DNA of 64,000 nucleotides from Klebsormidium nitens (Eukaryota > Plantae > Klebsormidiophyceae): the NCBI GenBank assembly GCA_000708835.1, contig DF237071.1, positions 62,001-126,000 on the forward strand. Reading direction: 5' to 3'. The position numbers were made by a program, and so were the translations under genes. The notes beneath the pieces are model-generated. The model saw only the letters and a list, made by a program, of their open reading frames with translations, was not told the DNA's origin and searched no databases. The number at the start of each line of letters is the position of its first letter. Positions within the stretch are counted from its first letter, which is position 1. This document shows, piece by piece, positions 28,519 through 56,186 of the stretch.

Positions 28519-31500
28519 ATGGCGGGCATCGAGGGGAAGGTCTCTCCTCCAAAGGAACGCGCGGGGGGTCTGCTTTTCCTGTGCGGTATGCTTCGCTTAG
28601 TGCTGTTCGCAATCGCGTGGGCGTGCGTGTTCGCGTTCGTCTTCTGGACTGTGGTTTTTAACCTGCCCAAGTGGTCATGGGCTTACCAGGAGGGCGACTT
28701 GTGGCAGGACATGCGGACTGCCCTCAACCTCAAGTGAGGAACCCACACTGATAGCTGTTCTTTCGGAAGGCCAGATAGGAGAGTTCTGTTCGGGTTGAAG
28801 AAGAGCTTCCTTCTTTTTTGATCATACTCCATGAGTAATCTACTGCTTCTAAGTTTGTCAGAAAGAGTATTTGGAGACATGTTGACGTGGCTGTCACGTT
28901 GCCTTATTACATTCTGCTGCACAGCTGTCTTCTTGCATACATACTCAACTATATGTTGCGCGCTGCTAATCGTTGGCGTTTGGAGAAAAAACCTTATGAA
29001 TTCACTACTAGTAGGGGTGAAGTGGAAGGTACTCAGTGAGCGGAACTCAGTAAGTGTTCCATTTAGCACCACTAAGGACCATGCTGCCCTTGCTTCACTT
29101 AAAAAATGCTTTCATGCAAATCTGGTTTTTCTGTCAAACCTCTGTAGGGGCATTGTTAAACCAGTAAGGCTGATGAATTAACTGAACATCAAGGCCAGCT
29201 AATCAAGACATTCTTGTGCGATTCTGATGAGCCCCAAGTATCGCACGCGGCACTTCCATGTATGAGCCTCACTGTAAGCAAAAGGGAACAATAATTGCTT
29301 AAGACCTTAAGGGCGCCGTAAAAGCATTTTTGAATTTATCGATGAGACTACGGTGCACTAACCCAGTGCACTACCCCTGGGTTTCTGTGCAGGAACCATA
29401 TGATGGAATCAGGGCACTTTGTTGTGGCTGGCTACGACGCCCAGATGGTGATTCTCGGCGTGCTGCCCCCCTTTGTTGCCGCGGTCTGCGTTTCTCTCGC
29501 CCGGCTGCTCCCGAAGAAAGAGAAGACGCGGGCAGACTACAAAATCATGGTCCTTGGACAAGCCGCCCATGAGGGAGTCGAGTGGGTAAGGAGTCCTGAC
29601 TTTCGTTTTTCAGCAGGCTTATGCCTTGAGCGCGAGTGCTTCTCACGGAACTCTGCTGGCAAATAATTTGTTTCTTTAGTTGCTGCTACAACAATACTGG
29701 TTCGCGAGCGCATTCACCAGCAGTGCTTCTTCATTCTGGTGCTAGGGACAGCGGAATAGCCTGAGGTTCACACGCGCTTCAACCAATGCTTCTGTTGCAG
29801 TATGGTAGCTGTTAAATGCGAAGATACTAAAACTTCCTCTGCATCACTTCATCAAGGAGGCCGTCAAGTTGCACCTCCTTGCCTTTACTTTTCTCCCGCC
29901 TGCTGGACTAAGAAGAATGAGTTTCTGTCGTGCAGGTCCGGCGCAGTTTTGTCTGGCAGATCCCCCCCCGCCGCTTTTGGCTCTGGTGGTCATCTGGCAT
30001 GTCATTGGGCGAATTCCTATTGGTGTTTGGCTGGATTGCGCTCCACTTCATCTGCTTATGGAGCCACAAGATCAACAGCTGGGGTCAATTCGACGCTTGT
30101 AAGTCACATTTTGTCTTTCAGCCCTACTATATCTGGCCTTTATGAAGCCTACCAAGCAGTCCAGAACTAGTCAGGGCGGTCTTTTTCCTGGATCATTTAC
30201 GGCGGGCCAGCCTAGGCGGAAACGAGATAGCTGCATCCTTCAAGTTCCTCGATTCTGGACTGCTGTTGAGAACCTTCCCATCTCAGGTGATATAACGCCC
30301 TTTCTTGGAAATGCCCTTCTCGAGCTGCTTTGCCAGGCAGTGCTGAGTTGCTTAATTTGCCCGTGTCAATCTGCAAAGGAACACCTGCACCCGCTCTGAT
30401 CCAAACGTCACTAGCAGCTGCAGCCTCTTGTACTGTAGTGCAAACCGGCATTCGATGACCCCTTTCTACAAGTTGTGGGCTGTGTGCTGCGCAGGCCGCT
30501 AACACAATGATTGCAGTGAAAGCAGGCTACAGCACTTCGGTAGCTCCGGCCTAAACTCCATCCTCCTCGAACATTCTGCAGGGGACGAACTAGGTCTGTA
30601 CTACAACGTACCCAAAAGCGTGTACGCCCTCGATAAGTGAGTCATGCCGATCTCACTGACGTTCTATCGGGCTCTGCATTTGCCAACGTCGAGTCGAACG
30701 TTTGCCCATTGACGAACCTCTAGATCGATCTAAGGTCACTTCAGCTGAGTTGCACATTGCGCGCGTGTATTACAAGCCTGCCAGTGTGACCTGATCGATC
30801 AGCCGTTTTGCTCCATCTGACGAAATTTGCCCTGCTTCTTTACAGGATCGCCATTGCCTGGGGCTGGATTCTGTACCTGGATTTCACGCTCCTGTTCTTC
30901 CCGATCTCCCACAGCTCGTTTCTGAACTACATGTTGGGCATCCCGTTCCCGCACCTCGTCCGCTACCACAGGTGATTATGTCATCTGATTCAGACCATTG
31001 TTTTAAAGAAAAAGTGGAGACACAATGTTCTACATTGACGGGATCGTTTTTGGATCCCTGAGAGCTTTCACCTTCTCTTTTCTGAGACATCGACTACTCA
31101 GCATCCCACGCCTTGAATCTGACCGGGCGCGTTTTCAAATGCAGACGGAGTATGATGAGATGGATAAAGCGCTATGATTAAATACAACTCCGGACGGCCT
31201 TTGACAGTGGCTACCATATTCATTTTGAGCTGTGAGTGCTTAATCAAAAATCTTCCGCGGTCACGGATGTGAACGTCTGAAGCAAGACGTGGGCAGTTCT
31301 GGAAGATAGGGTCTGCAGCAAAGACCGCTCAAGGTTGAAAACAACGGCACTCAATTTCATCTTCCTTGCAGATGGCTGGGCCATATGGCTATGTGGTCTT
31401 TGACTGCGCACGCTCTGTTCTACTATCTCTATTGGACAGCCAATCCCGAAATCAAGTGAGTCGACATACCTTCTCTCGAGTTGCTCGCAGTCCACCTGTC

Positions 31501-34500
31501 ATCACCTTGTCATCTGCAAACGGCTCTTTGTGAAAGTAAGGAATTACTTATTGCCGAGAAATGACTGTCGAGGTCTGACGCCCGTCTCTCTCTCGAGCTC
31601 CACTAGCAGTCGCAGATCCACGGGAAATAGCGTGCAAGATTTTGAGTGCGTTCAGATGTCAAAAACGTCCCGAGCTTTCTACGAAACACGGGGTGACCAA
31701 ATACAGGCCGCGCCCTTGCTGTTTGTCAACTGACGTTATTCAATTCAGCTTCGTGCACGAGTTCTTCGACTGGGGCCAGCGCTACTTCATCAATCTCTTG
31801 GCCGGCTCCATCTCCTGGATTTTCGGCCTCGCGCTCTGGATCACTTCCCTCGACTGGATCCGTCGCAAGTACTTTGAGGTAAGCGCAGGTGTTCCACCCC
31901 TGTTTACCAAATATCCCGAAATCTGCCCTTGCGGCAAACACAATCACTCCTTTTGACGCGTCTGACCAAAACATTGCATTAGATTCTTAACTTTCAACAG
32001 CCAGACTCGTGGCATGTACTTGATTTAGATATCCAATTGTGTTCAAGTCGCGCTGGATGTATTTTGTGCACCGGAGATTGAGACTGCTCTTCACCTGCCA
32101 GGGGTGTCAATTTTTGACTTCTTTCATGGCTGATATGCAGCTCTTTTACAAAACACATATCGTCGGATTCGTGGGCTTAGTGGTTTTCGCCCAGATGCAC
32201 TACTACTGGATGTGGACCTGCTGGCTCCCAGGTAAGCAAGCTTGCCCAGAGTTAGGACGGAAACGGAAACGGAAACGGAAACGGAAACGGAAACGGAAAC
32301 GGAAACGGAAGCGGAAGCGGAAGAGGAAGCGGAAGCGGGAACGGAAAGGATTGTAACTCTCTAGAAACAAGCTAGCTGTGCAAGCTTAAGTAGCTTGACG
32401 TCCTTTGGCTGACTACCCAATCATGACGTCAAACACTTCAAAAGGAAGTGTGTCTGCCATGTCTTGTACCAGACCTTATCAAAAGAGCAAAATCACGGTC
32501 GACGTTGTCTTCTGGGTTCCTACAATCCTCGAGACTCAGAAGCAACTCTCAAATCCAGTGCACAAAATGCTCTCTTGCAGGTCTGCTCCTCTACGCGGCC
32601 GACCTGGCGGTCCGGCTTTGCCAGATCCAGAACACGTCGACAGCGATCGCCAAGGGCGTCTGTGAGGAGGACTCAGTCGTCATGATCAAGCTGTCGGTTG
32701 ACAAGGTAAGCTGCCGGGTTAGACACAACCACTTCGCTAAAAAAACAGTGGTGAGAAACGCGCTCTTTTAGCTGCTAGAACAGCTTCATCAAGTAAAGTC
32801 GATAGGGATGGGTCGTCTACTACCTGATGAAGAAGTTTGCACGTTCCCTTCGTCGTTCTGAAATATATCTGTAAAACTCACGCTCGTCTGCCACTCCCCT
32901 TTCATTTCTCATCATCAAAAACCTGAGACAGTGGCCACCAGGGGAAATTTTCACTTCTTTTGACGAATATCTGACCGATGCTGCTTGCCCCACTTTTCTC
33001 ACTGCTTGAGTACCCTAAACACAATTTCACTTGCGCACATCCTTTTGGCTTCTTGCGGCGTCCTTCGCTGCGAAGCACCCCATACTTACTGAGCCGCTAT
33101 TCTAGGGCCCACACTTTAATTGCTTACGTACGTGACTCTGACGTAAAGTTACACGTGGTCCAATCAGATATGGGTCTGTCTGTGCCTGCAGAACATAAAG
33201 CTGGCCCCACTCCAAGACATCTTTGTGGCCTTCCCCGACATCAGTCGCTGGCAGTACCACCCGTTCAGCATCGCGAAGGCCGAAACCTCGTCCGCTTGTC
33301 CGATGGAGGGCAGCAGTAAGGAGATACTGCTGAGCATGAAGCGTTACGGAAAGTGGACGTCGGTGAGTGCGTCCGAATGCGCGCGCGCACGAGGAGAGCG
33401 GTGCTGTTTCTCCTCCACAGGCTGTGACCGGGTTTATTCCTGACGTTTGAAAAGACGTGCCTTGTAGTGGAGATTTCGCTTGACCAGACACCTTTTCTCG
33501 TCCGAGTCTGACTTAGGACCAGCCTTTGCCGCTGTCTAGAATCTCCAGCACTGGGTTTGACACATTGCTTGGACTGCCAGTGGGCCCCCATGCGCCGTTC
33601 CGTCGTGATTTTGGTCAAACCTCTTCGTCGCGGTCAAAGCTCTGCGTCTCAGTCAGTCTTTCTCTTAGGCGGATGAAAGGTGCCATTTCTTCATTTTCCT
33701 TCTTCCAGGAAGTCATTGACCGCTTAAAGAACGGAGAGGTACTCGCGGTGCGGCTCAGCGGCCCGTTCGGAGGCGAGACCTCCTTCCAGTGGCGCAAATA
33801 CGACGTCGTCCACCTCTACGCTGGCGGAATCGGGGTGAGAACCTACGACCAAATTCTCCTTTTCCCTTCAGTATGTATGTCCTTGAGGCCTCATTGGATA
33901 ACGCCCACAGGATTTGATTCCACTACGTACATTCGAAAGTTCTAGAACCGTACCAGATGCTCTGTGTTTATGCTTGGCGGACTTCGGAGAGGAAGGACTC
34001 CAACTCGGTGTCACGTCAGCGCAAAGGACTCATCTATCTCATGCGCGCGATTTTTATTTTAAGACTTCAATCTTGTGCCACCAAGTTAGCGCGAAGGAAA
34101 TTTGGGATTGCACAGGAAGCCGTGGGTCTATCTACAGCTTTCAGGTACTTCCACAGAGCTGCAGTATGTTGTTCAAACTTCATCCGGGCGCCCAGATTTC
34201 ATCTCTGATATTGCACCTCTCCACAGGTCGTCCCGCTCATCTCCCTCCTGCAAGACATGCTGTCCGCGCGCGCGGCTGGTTCGCCGGATGACGTACCTGA
34301 GCGGGTGGTCCTGTACTGGTCGGCCCGCCACAAGGCGGAGTTCCACCTCCTAACCAAGGACATGGCTGCTGCAATACAGTAAGAGCCTTTCGAGACTTGA
34401 TCTGAGGCGTATGTAATTTGGTAAGGAGTCCAGGAATTATCGTAGAAGCTTTGTCCTCACCGTTCAATTGGGCTTTCCTTCTTTGCTTGTCGGATCCATT

Positions 34501-37268
34501 TGCAGTCAAGATGGATGTCGCGTTACCACACCCGCTTTTAGAACTTAAAGCATATTGAATCTGGTAGAGAATCGACCGTTTATCTCTCTAAAGGCTTGTC
34601 TGTCATGCTTTATCCGGCTGCCTTCTCTGCTTGTCAGATCCGTTTGCAGTCCCAGCCTAGCTCCACGCTGATCCCAGTGGCCTCGCATCAAAACACCTTT
34701 GGAAGTGTTTTTCAACCTTTAGAAGTGGTTTTCAACCTTTTGAAGTGTTTTTCAACTTTTGAAAAAGGCAAAGAGGAAGTATCTTATCTTATTCGTCCAC
34801 GTGTCCTTCAGGGAGGGTTGGCTCACCATCCGTCTGTTCTACACCGGCAACGAGTCGAAGGAACAGACGGCCAAGCCAAGCTTCAAAAGCTCCAAGGTCG
34901 ACTTCGACATGGGTTCTGTCTTAAACGAGAGGAACGGTGTCGATGTCGGAAACTTCAATAGCGCCCCGGCTGAAGGCCCGCGCGCTGACGTCAAGCTTCC
35001 GGGAGCATCCAGCTTCTTTTGGGATTACGCCAGGTAAAATTTTGACACAGCCCTTTGACTCGCATAAAATAAGGGTTTGGCGAATTTGATGCAATCTGCA
35101 AGTGAATTTTGCTTCTGAAGCCCACAATTTGCTTGGACCGCGCTGCACAGGATTTGGAAAGTTGGTTTGTAAGGTGGATTAGGCTGGCCTGGATGGGTTA
35201 AGATGTTTTTCGTGTAGGGTCCCAGGGTGGGTTAACGTGTTTCTCCTGTAGGGTCCCAACATTGACGGTAGAACCGTTCACACACACGAGACGAATTGCA
35301 CGCAGCATCAAAAGTTTGACATGGCTAACCGTGGTCATCATGGCTAACCCTGGTCATTACGGCTAACCCTGATCAACTCTCGACTCTACAGGCCGATCCA
35401 GCCCAAGTCCTTCAACGAGCTCGAGGCGCTCCTCGTCATCCTGACGACGTGGGTCGGCGGCTGGTGTGGACTCGTCCTCTGCCAGAGCTTCTTTGCGGAG
35501 TATGTGGAGACCTTCTACACGGAGTCGAAGTACTGGAAGGTAAAAGCAAACGACGTTTGCATTTGCAAGCGAAGAAGTGACCAGAAACGCTTATTGAGAG
35601 ATGGTACGCGTCGCTAGATTTTGTACCACTGTGAAAAAAAAAAACCAAGTTTCTCAACGTAGTACTTCTGGTTTCGCTTCTAGGGATAAAGGAGCTGTGA
35701 ATCTCAACAAAGCTCGCTGATTCGCATTGCTGTCGTGGTTTCTGCAGTTGACTCGGGTCTTCTGAACGTGATTCCTAGTAGCTCTTTCTACCTTCTCTGA
35801 GCCCTTTTGTTTTCCCAACTGAACAGTGATCCAGATGAAGATCCCGATCTCGTCGAAAGCCACTTCTGCAAGTGATGCAAGTACTTATGCGAATACTTAT
35901 GCGATGGTGAAAGAACCATCCGTTCTATTTATGCAGGCGGGTCTATTTTACACAGTTCTGCTCTCCGTCATGTCAATCGGGCTGCCAGTGGCTGTGGTCC
36001 TTTTCCCCAGGCACCTCTACAGGTCAGAAATGCACCAAGTTCTGAGTACCTCGACTGACATTCAAATCTCAAGACGGAATGGACTGCGTTTATCAATCTC
36101 GATTGGGTCACGGTGAGAGGTACCTCAATTCAAACCATGTCTCGCCCGGTCTAACCATTGGGCCTGTGTCTGGAGTTACAAGACGAGTCCAGAATTATCA
36201 GTGGACGGTCCGGGAGGCTGTCCGAAACATGTCTGATTACTGTCATTCTGCGCCCGACCTGTGCGGTACGTTCCTGTCTGTTTCAGTCTGACTCAGCCCG
36301 GGGTTCGAAGCGCTCTTCGAGCGAGGTTCAGGACACGTGACCTCTTTCCTGCAGGTATTTGCGCTACAGAAGGGAAGACGTCATCCAAGCGTCACAGCTG
36401 GCGTCCGCTGAGGACGTGTACGAGAGCCCCGACCACCCGTCCGTCGTAAGTGTGCACCTTGGGGCTCAGAAATTGCGCGCGCGCGAGCAGATCGAGCAAG
36501 CTCGACATGTAGAATGGATCAAATAGACTTAGAGCCGTGCAAAGTATTGGCTGTACATATATAGTAAAGGCACACTGACAGGAAAAGCTGGAGAACAGAA
36601 ACGTGCAAATAACGATTCTGCTCTTCTCGAGCCATCCCAGTTGGTTCTGGACGTATTTGACTGCCGTGCCAATTTATTTCTCGTTCACCATTTTTCTTCT
36701 TTTGTTGCCTTGTTGTTGCAGTCTGCCACGAGCGTCAGCTTCAATGAGCTGGGCCTGGAGGTCAACGTCGAGCAGGGGCGCCCCGACCTCAAGAGTGCCC
36801 TCGAGAGCATCGTCACAAATGAGAACGCTTCGATGAGAGTCGCCGTTTGCTGCGCCGGTACTGACTCAAACAGCTCGTTGAAGCTGTCTATACCGTTGCA
36901 TTTTCTCTTTCTACTCCCGCTCTGTGTATGAGAGCGACATGACTGTTCTGAAATGACAATTGGCAATGAATCTTACATCCAACATTTGTTGAGGTCATCA
37001 AAGCGAATCCCCAAGAATGAAGTTGAGTTACAGGAACAGGTCGCAGCCTCTCTGTCTCGAGCGCATACATTTGAGTCGAAGAAACTGGCGCCTAGACCTG
37101 ACCTGGCAGGTAATTTCTTGATTCATGATTCGTGTTTGAGAATCTCGTCTTTGTTCTGCTGCAGGCCCCGAAGTAATGATGAACAACTGCTCGAACCTGG
37201 TGTCTCAACTCAACGGCAATGATAAGGGAGTGTATCTTCAGTATCATCGCCTTGCCTACCAGCTGTAA
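28519..37268 (+). CDS. FRO: Ferric/cupric chelate reductase (FRO family flavocytochrome), about 805 aa
   Basis: Exons 28519-28733, 29393-29585, 29936-30098, 30582-30636, 30846-30971, 31372-31455, 31749-31878, 32141-32231, 32581-32705, 33192-33362, 33709-33834, 34227-34378, 34812-35033, 35392-35539, 35937-36022, 36355-36445, 36722-36857, 37165-37268. Phases are consistent, total 2418 nt. Heme-ligand helices RYHRWLGH..AHAL and YKTH..QMH, FAD motif HPFS, GPFG, NADPH motif AGGIG, GRPDL..CAGP. No EF-hand N-terminus was seen, so not RBOH. Confidence 0.93.
32257..32346. repeat. (ACGGAA)n / (GCGGAA)n hexamer microsatellite in FRO intron 8
   Basis: 9 perfect ACGGAA units followed by 6 variant units. 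Confidence 0.97.
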
Positions 37269-39712
37269 TTGTCAGGCGGTACGTCGTTGCGAAACCGTGA
37301 AGCACATTATACATGATTCCAGTTGCTAGAGGGGAACGATTATGTCCACTTTACTTTCTGTTGGGCAGGACTAAAATGAACAGATTTGCAACGATTGGTC
37401 AGTCGTAGCTGCACAGACGATGTCATGTGATTTATTTCAGTGTTATCAATAGCCCAATACTTCAGTACTACTGGCGCTATTTTAGTAGTAATGGTTTATC
37501 AGTTTGAACACATCGGTACGTGGCCCGGCTAAATTGTAAGTTGGCTTTGTGTTGCACATTATTGATGCCGTTAAAGTGCTCAAAACAGTGCTTTGTCACA
37601 AGTCATGTCACAAAAGACGTAAGAATCCTGTGAGACTATCCGCCGACCCACAAGCACAATCTTAAAGCATGTACACCCTCGAACGCGCGTCATTTGCTGC
37701 CCGGCCAATTACAAGAGAAATTTCAGAAGACGAGTTTGACCAGTTGCATTCCCTTTCCCTCCGCCTTCACCTCTTCCGTAAAGTTCATCACTAGCTGAAC
37801 GAACCAGTGCGTCTTGCCGGTTCCTTGGGGCCCATACATGAGCACTTTAATCTTTCTCCAATCCCATCGATAGCTCCTGCTTCCGCAAACTGTTCACCAG
37901 CTTCCGCGCCTTCCTGTAGAGCTTCGGACTCATCATGCAAACCCCCACCAGGTCCCCATTCACACCCCTAACCTTTCGGGTTAGCAGCCTCGGGATGTTG
38001 GGATATGCCTCTGGCAGATAGTGCCATCCCTGCTCAAACACCCGCCGCCGCTCTCGTCTACCTTACTTTTTTCCGTGAGCTTGTACGAGCTCCGTTCTCC
38101 TCTCTTGGAGGAGTTTGACCGCAACCCGAGCTCGTGCCGCTGTTTCGAGCAGGTCGGAGAGGGGCTGGAAAGAAGCACTTTGCGAGTCTGCATTGGGAAG
38201 TACGTTGCAACATGGGGTCAGAATCAACTCGACGTTGAAGGGGTCAGAGACTTCAAAGGTTACTAGTTATGCTTTGCGGTGTGGACAGGCAGCGGTGTGG
38301 AGCAAATATTTCTGTGATACGGTCAGATTTTTGTCGGTTTCTCGGAGTTCCTTTTCGCGATGTTGTTTATCGGAGGCATCTCCAAGGTTTGATTGGCGAG
38401 ATCTGGCTCCATGAGCGGCACTGACAAAATCTGCTCGACTCCTTTATTGTTGCAGTGATTGGCACTGTGCTTGACACAGTGGTCGCCCTGTGATGTGGAA
38501 CAAAGATGGAGATGCTGAATTCAAACCACGGATCATGGTCATGTCTTTGAACAGTGAACAGCCAGCTAATTTGGCTGGCTGATCACACCTTTCTTTACTG
38601 GACCTCTGCATCGGATCTTCCTTATGCAAGCTATCGCGACTGCCAATGCAAAGAGAAAGTCTAACACATCTATCTGCTTCTCTCCTGTCGAAGATAGCAT
38701 GACGACTTTTAAGAGAACGCCACTTTTGATTGCACCTTCTGTTGAGCTCTTGACACGATCCCAGGCGCTTTGGAAAGCCGTCCAGACAAAGACCTTCCGG
38801 TCATTGTTTAAGGGCCTCCACGACTTCGTCAACTTCAGGATCGTTCAGACCCTTTCACACGTGTTTCACACACTCCTCAGGCAAAGTAGTATTCTATTTG
38901 AAGGCATGTTACGACAACTTCGATGCATCCTAGCTTGAGGGCAAGAACTGAGAGAATGGCTTCTAAAGAATCAAGAAAATTGCGCTTTATGTCAAAGTAT
39001 ATCGGTCCTGTCCCCATCGGTCGGCTGCTCTGACGCGTGACGGCCGGCTGCGGCAGCCGCCCGCGGACGACCGTCGATCGAGCTGGGCCGGGGTTTTAGA
39101 ATTGGTGACAACTTCCGCGAACGAAGGGGTTTATTACTTTATGTGTACGCGCGTACGCGCGCCTCAGCTAAAGTTAGGGTTTCCAAAGAAAGTTTGCTGC
39201 ACAAGCTCTTCAGTGCTCATTGAGCATTGAGCCTTGAGGACAATGAGGCCCTGAGATCAGAAGGTGGCCGCTACGCATGGTGTAAGAAAGCTGCTCTTGG
39301 TAGAGCTTTAGGAAGGCTGTTTTGACACGTTGTGTGCGGTGCCCCTTTTGTATCAAGTTGGCTTTGCCAAGATCAAACCTGGTGGCTAGTCATGAGCCTG
39401 GTAAGAATCATGGGGTTCTATGTTGAATATGTGAGTCGCACCTTGCAAGGTCATGGAAGGGGAACGTTCACCAACTTTGCTGGGCTGGCTGCTCGTCAAG
39501 GAGCTGATGGCTCAATTCAAGTGGTTCATGTAACAGGAGAAAAGGACCCATAGAGAAACCAATGGAACTGTGTGAGGGTCAGGAAGCTGCTAGCAGCTCA
39601 TTCCCGCCACTCTCATAGAGGCTTCACAGAACTCATGAGAACTGGCTCGCAGGGGCAGAGTTTTCTCGAGGGAAATTGAGCCAACGCAGGCTGGAAGATA
39701 GACACTGTCAAT

Positions 39713-53295
<13,583 letters not shown>

Positions 53296-55882
53296 GAAAC
53301 GACAGCGGGTCCATGTCATTTTGTTCGAGATAAGGAACTCGCCCCTCATGACTTTAAAGGTGGATACGTTGATTGAGCTGTTCTGAAAGTTCTCGTTCTT
53401 CTTGAGAGGCAAACTTTCTTGTTTTGTAGATCTAGCTCTCACCTTCGGCTGAGAATCTTTTGCGGTCGAGACGCAGCGTCTGACGGTGCCAGGATCTGTA
53501 CATTTGGCCAATCTCTCGCTGCTTAGCATCATTTGGCATCAAATAACAGAACCTCGTAGACAGAGCTCCGAAGAGCAAATCGTGACGGCTTCCTCACTTC
53601 ACTTATACTCTTACGTTTGACCAGCGATTGACCTTTCTGACCCACATCTGCACTCGCTCTTCACCGCAGCCATAGGAATCGTCAGAAGCTCTTACGCGAG
53701 CCCTTCGGATAGCGCGACCAAAATCTCCGCTCGCCCGACGACCGCGAACCCGAGGAAAAGCACGTCGCTCCACGACCCGGGTCTTGCGCGCCGGCCCTCT
53801 TCCGCTTTTAGTAGGAGGGACGAGCGGTAAACCAACTTTCCGTCGTATCTACCAAGAAGCGGTTTACCTCGCCTCGCACGCTGCACTTTATGGCTTGAGA
53901 GCATCGTCATTCGCAATGCACCGTATGTACTACTAGTTAGTGGTAGGCAATTTGTGCGTCTGCAATCAGAGGGATCCGTATCGACTCGGGTCGCATACGG
54001 CATGTACAAGGAATCAGGCGCCAGTGACTGGTCAATAAGGGTGATATCCCTCGAACTTGGATCATAAGTGATTCCTGTGAAAGTGACTTCGATCTAGAGA
54101 AGGAGCACTCGGAGACGGCAATAATGGAGCAAGATGCATCACCGGGCCTCTGCAAACTCTTGTAAAGTTGTGTAGGTCTCGGTTGCATGGGACGTTTGCT
54201 TGGTCACTGGGGCAATAAGGAGATCCTACTTCAATTTGACACTCGCTGGTATGATGACTAGCTGCATTTGAGACCGGACAGGACTTCCAAAAGTTTATTT
54301 TGTTCTTGGCCAGAGGCCTCTGTATCTGGCTTGCTAGCTCATAAGGCATCTTTGTCAACTTTTCGATGATACGTGACCTCGTGGGGCAATTTGAAGACTG
54401 AGAGCTTGTGGGATTGTATGTAGGGTCCCCGGGCCCTCTGAGAGCTCGGTCCAAGTCGCCAGCTACTTGCAACCGCTGAAGTCTCGTTTAGAATATGGGT
54501 TTACAACCGGGGTGCGCTCAGGGCTAATCAAATATAAGAATGATTCTTGCGGTTGAGTAGACTCAGTTGTATTGACCGACTCCGTAAAACTGTCGAGCCT
54601 CGGGTGGCAGTGGAGGGAAGGGCACCCCGGCCTCCGCTCCATTTAGACTGTGCTAGCAGTGACCGTACTCTAGTGATACTTCTTGGTACGTCTGTTTTAA
54701 GCCACCGGGAATGCATATTGAAGCGAGCCATGTGGATTCTGCATGTCGGAGATCCCATAATCCCGTTTGCAGCGTTACAAGCTTGTCACTACATGCAGAA
54801 CAGGTACCGCGTACGTCAGTGACGGTGGCGGCAACTTCGGCAAAAAAGTCTACCTATTTAACATCCGACTGCATGACTTTGTATGATCGTGAACCATGTA
54901 GGTAATATCTGCATGACGTCTCTCGGATGAATGCTTTCTAGTGATCCTTGTTGATACGCAAGTGACTCGAAAGAATTCTCTTGCATTTCGGCCGGTTGCA
55001 ACTCAATTGAGCCTGCATGCTAGACCATATCAGTGTTAGTCACGTCCGTCGCACGTGGTTGTCAGCAGTTGAAAGCATGATCTGCTTCTTACTTAAGGGC
55101 TCGATCTGTCTTGCCTGTTTTAGCCGGAGTCAAGAAGATCAGAGGACAAAAGTGGGACCAGAAGCTTGAGGGGGCCCATGAGGGCCTGTCGCGATCGATC
55201 GACTTGGCAACGGCGAAGACGACTCGGTAGGGCTGAGAGTGGACGGGTGACAAATTACAAATTGCCGGGAAATTACCGAAGCACTTTAGGCTTTGTTCTG
55301 GACCTGGCGGTCTACGTCTGCATCAATGTACCGTATACCGCGGTTTAACCCGACGGATGCTGCAGAATTCAAAGTCCAGACCAATGGTGTACGATTGCCA
55401 ATCTGCAGTACGGAGTCGCACAGTTCGTGTACCGTGCGGTCGTACAGCGAAATTGTCTTGTCAGGCAGACCCGGCCCGACGGCGAGAGCCCGCTGCCCAA
55501 TGAGCAATCCAGCTAAATATATTACCGCTGATTTCTGAGTGCCGCCCTGTATAGATACTGGCGAGCTAAAAGCCGGCTTCATCCGAGGGAGGCTGCACCT
55601 TCCCCGGGTGGTCGATAGACCTTTCCGGGCACTCATGGGGAAGGTGGCTAGGAGCTTGCAAGTCCTCGGTCGAGGTCCCCGGTCAAAAACCGAAGGTTTC
55701 TCCGGGCGGAAATGTCCTGGTTTTTGAAGTCCGAAGTTTCCGCTAAGAGTATTCCGAAACAGGTTTTACCGAGGTTCTACCGGTAGTCTGACGTGTCCCG
55801 CTCAATCATGCGACACCATCATGCAGTCACGGTTGATCAGCCCTACGCCGTAGGGCCTCCGGTCTACCACCGTGCCAAACTA

Positions 55883-56176
55883 CCGTAGTCCAAAGTGATG
55901 ATTCCGAACGATTTTAGTTGGAATTATTTTCCGACAATCCGACCAGGAAAGCGGATTTCTTTATGATGATTCCGACATCATAGAATCCGAATGCCCTATG
56001 TTCTCACTAGGAAGGGGATTTTGAGGCCGAATTTTGCCGTTTTCGGGCTTCCGAGGACCATTTCAGAAATAATTGACCTTTAAAAATTTCCACTTTCCAA
56101 ATGCGAAATCCGAATTTCTGACTTTCCGAATGCAAATAATTATTTATCTATTCGGAATCATTACCTTGGACTACGG
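55883..56176. mobile_element. 294-bp MITE-like element, probably Tc1/mariner-type (TA-flanked)
   Basis: Inverted repeats 55879-55908 and 56151-56180 match at 28/30 (ACTACCGTAGTCCAARGTRATGATTCCGAA). TA|CCGTAG...CTACGG|TA ends, internal TCCGA submotifs, no transposase ORF. Confidence 0.7.
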
Positions 56177-56186
56177 TAGTCCTACG

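Noticed and set aside
32039-32356. ORF with an (RK)n tract resembling a protamine or NLS
   Set aside because: The tract is an intronic hexamer microsatellite downstream of the canonical donor at 32232.
12177-35905. Short 12-30 bp tandem duplications (about 12177, 15970, 16088, 18430, 34700, 35330, 35885)
   Set aside because: Ordinary slippage-type duplications with no separate function evident.
37800-38940. Possible small minus-strand gene divergent from the WD40 gene
   Set aside because: There are short open stretches and some splice-like sites, but I could not build a phase-consistent model or recognise a domain.
53300-55850. Numerous 60-136 aa ORFs
   Set aside because: No recognisable transposase, reverse transcriptase or other domain, and no codon bias; left unannotated.
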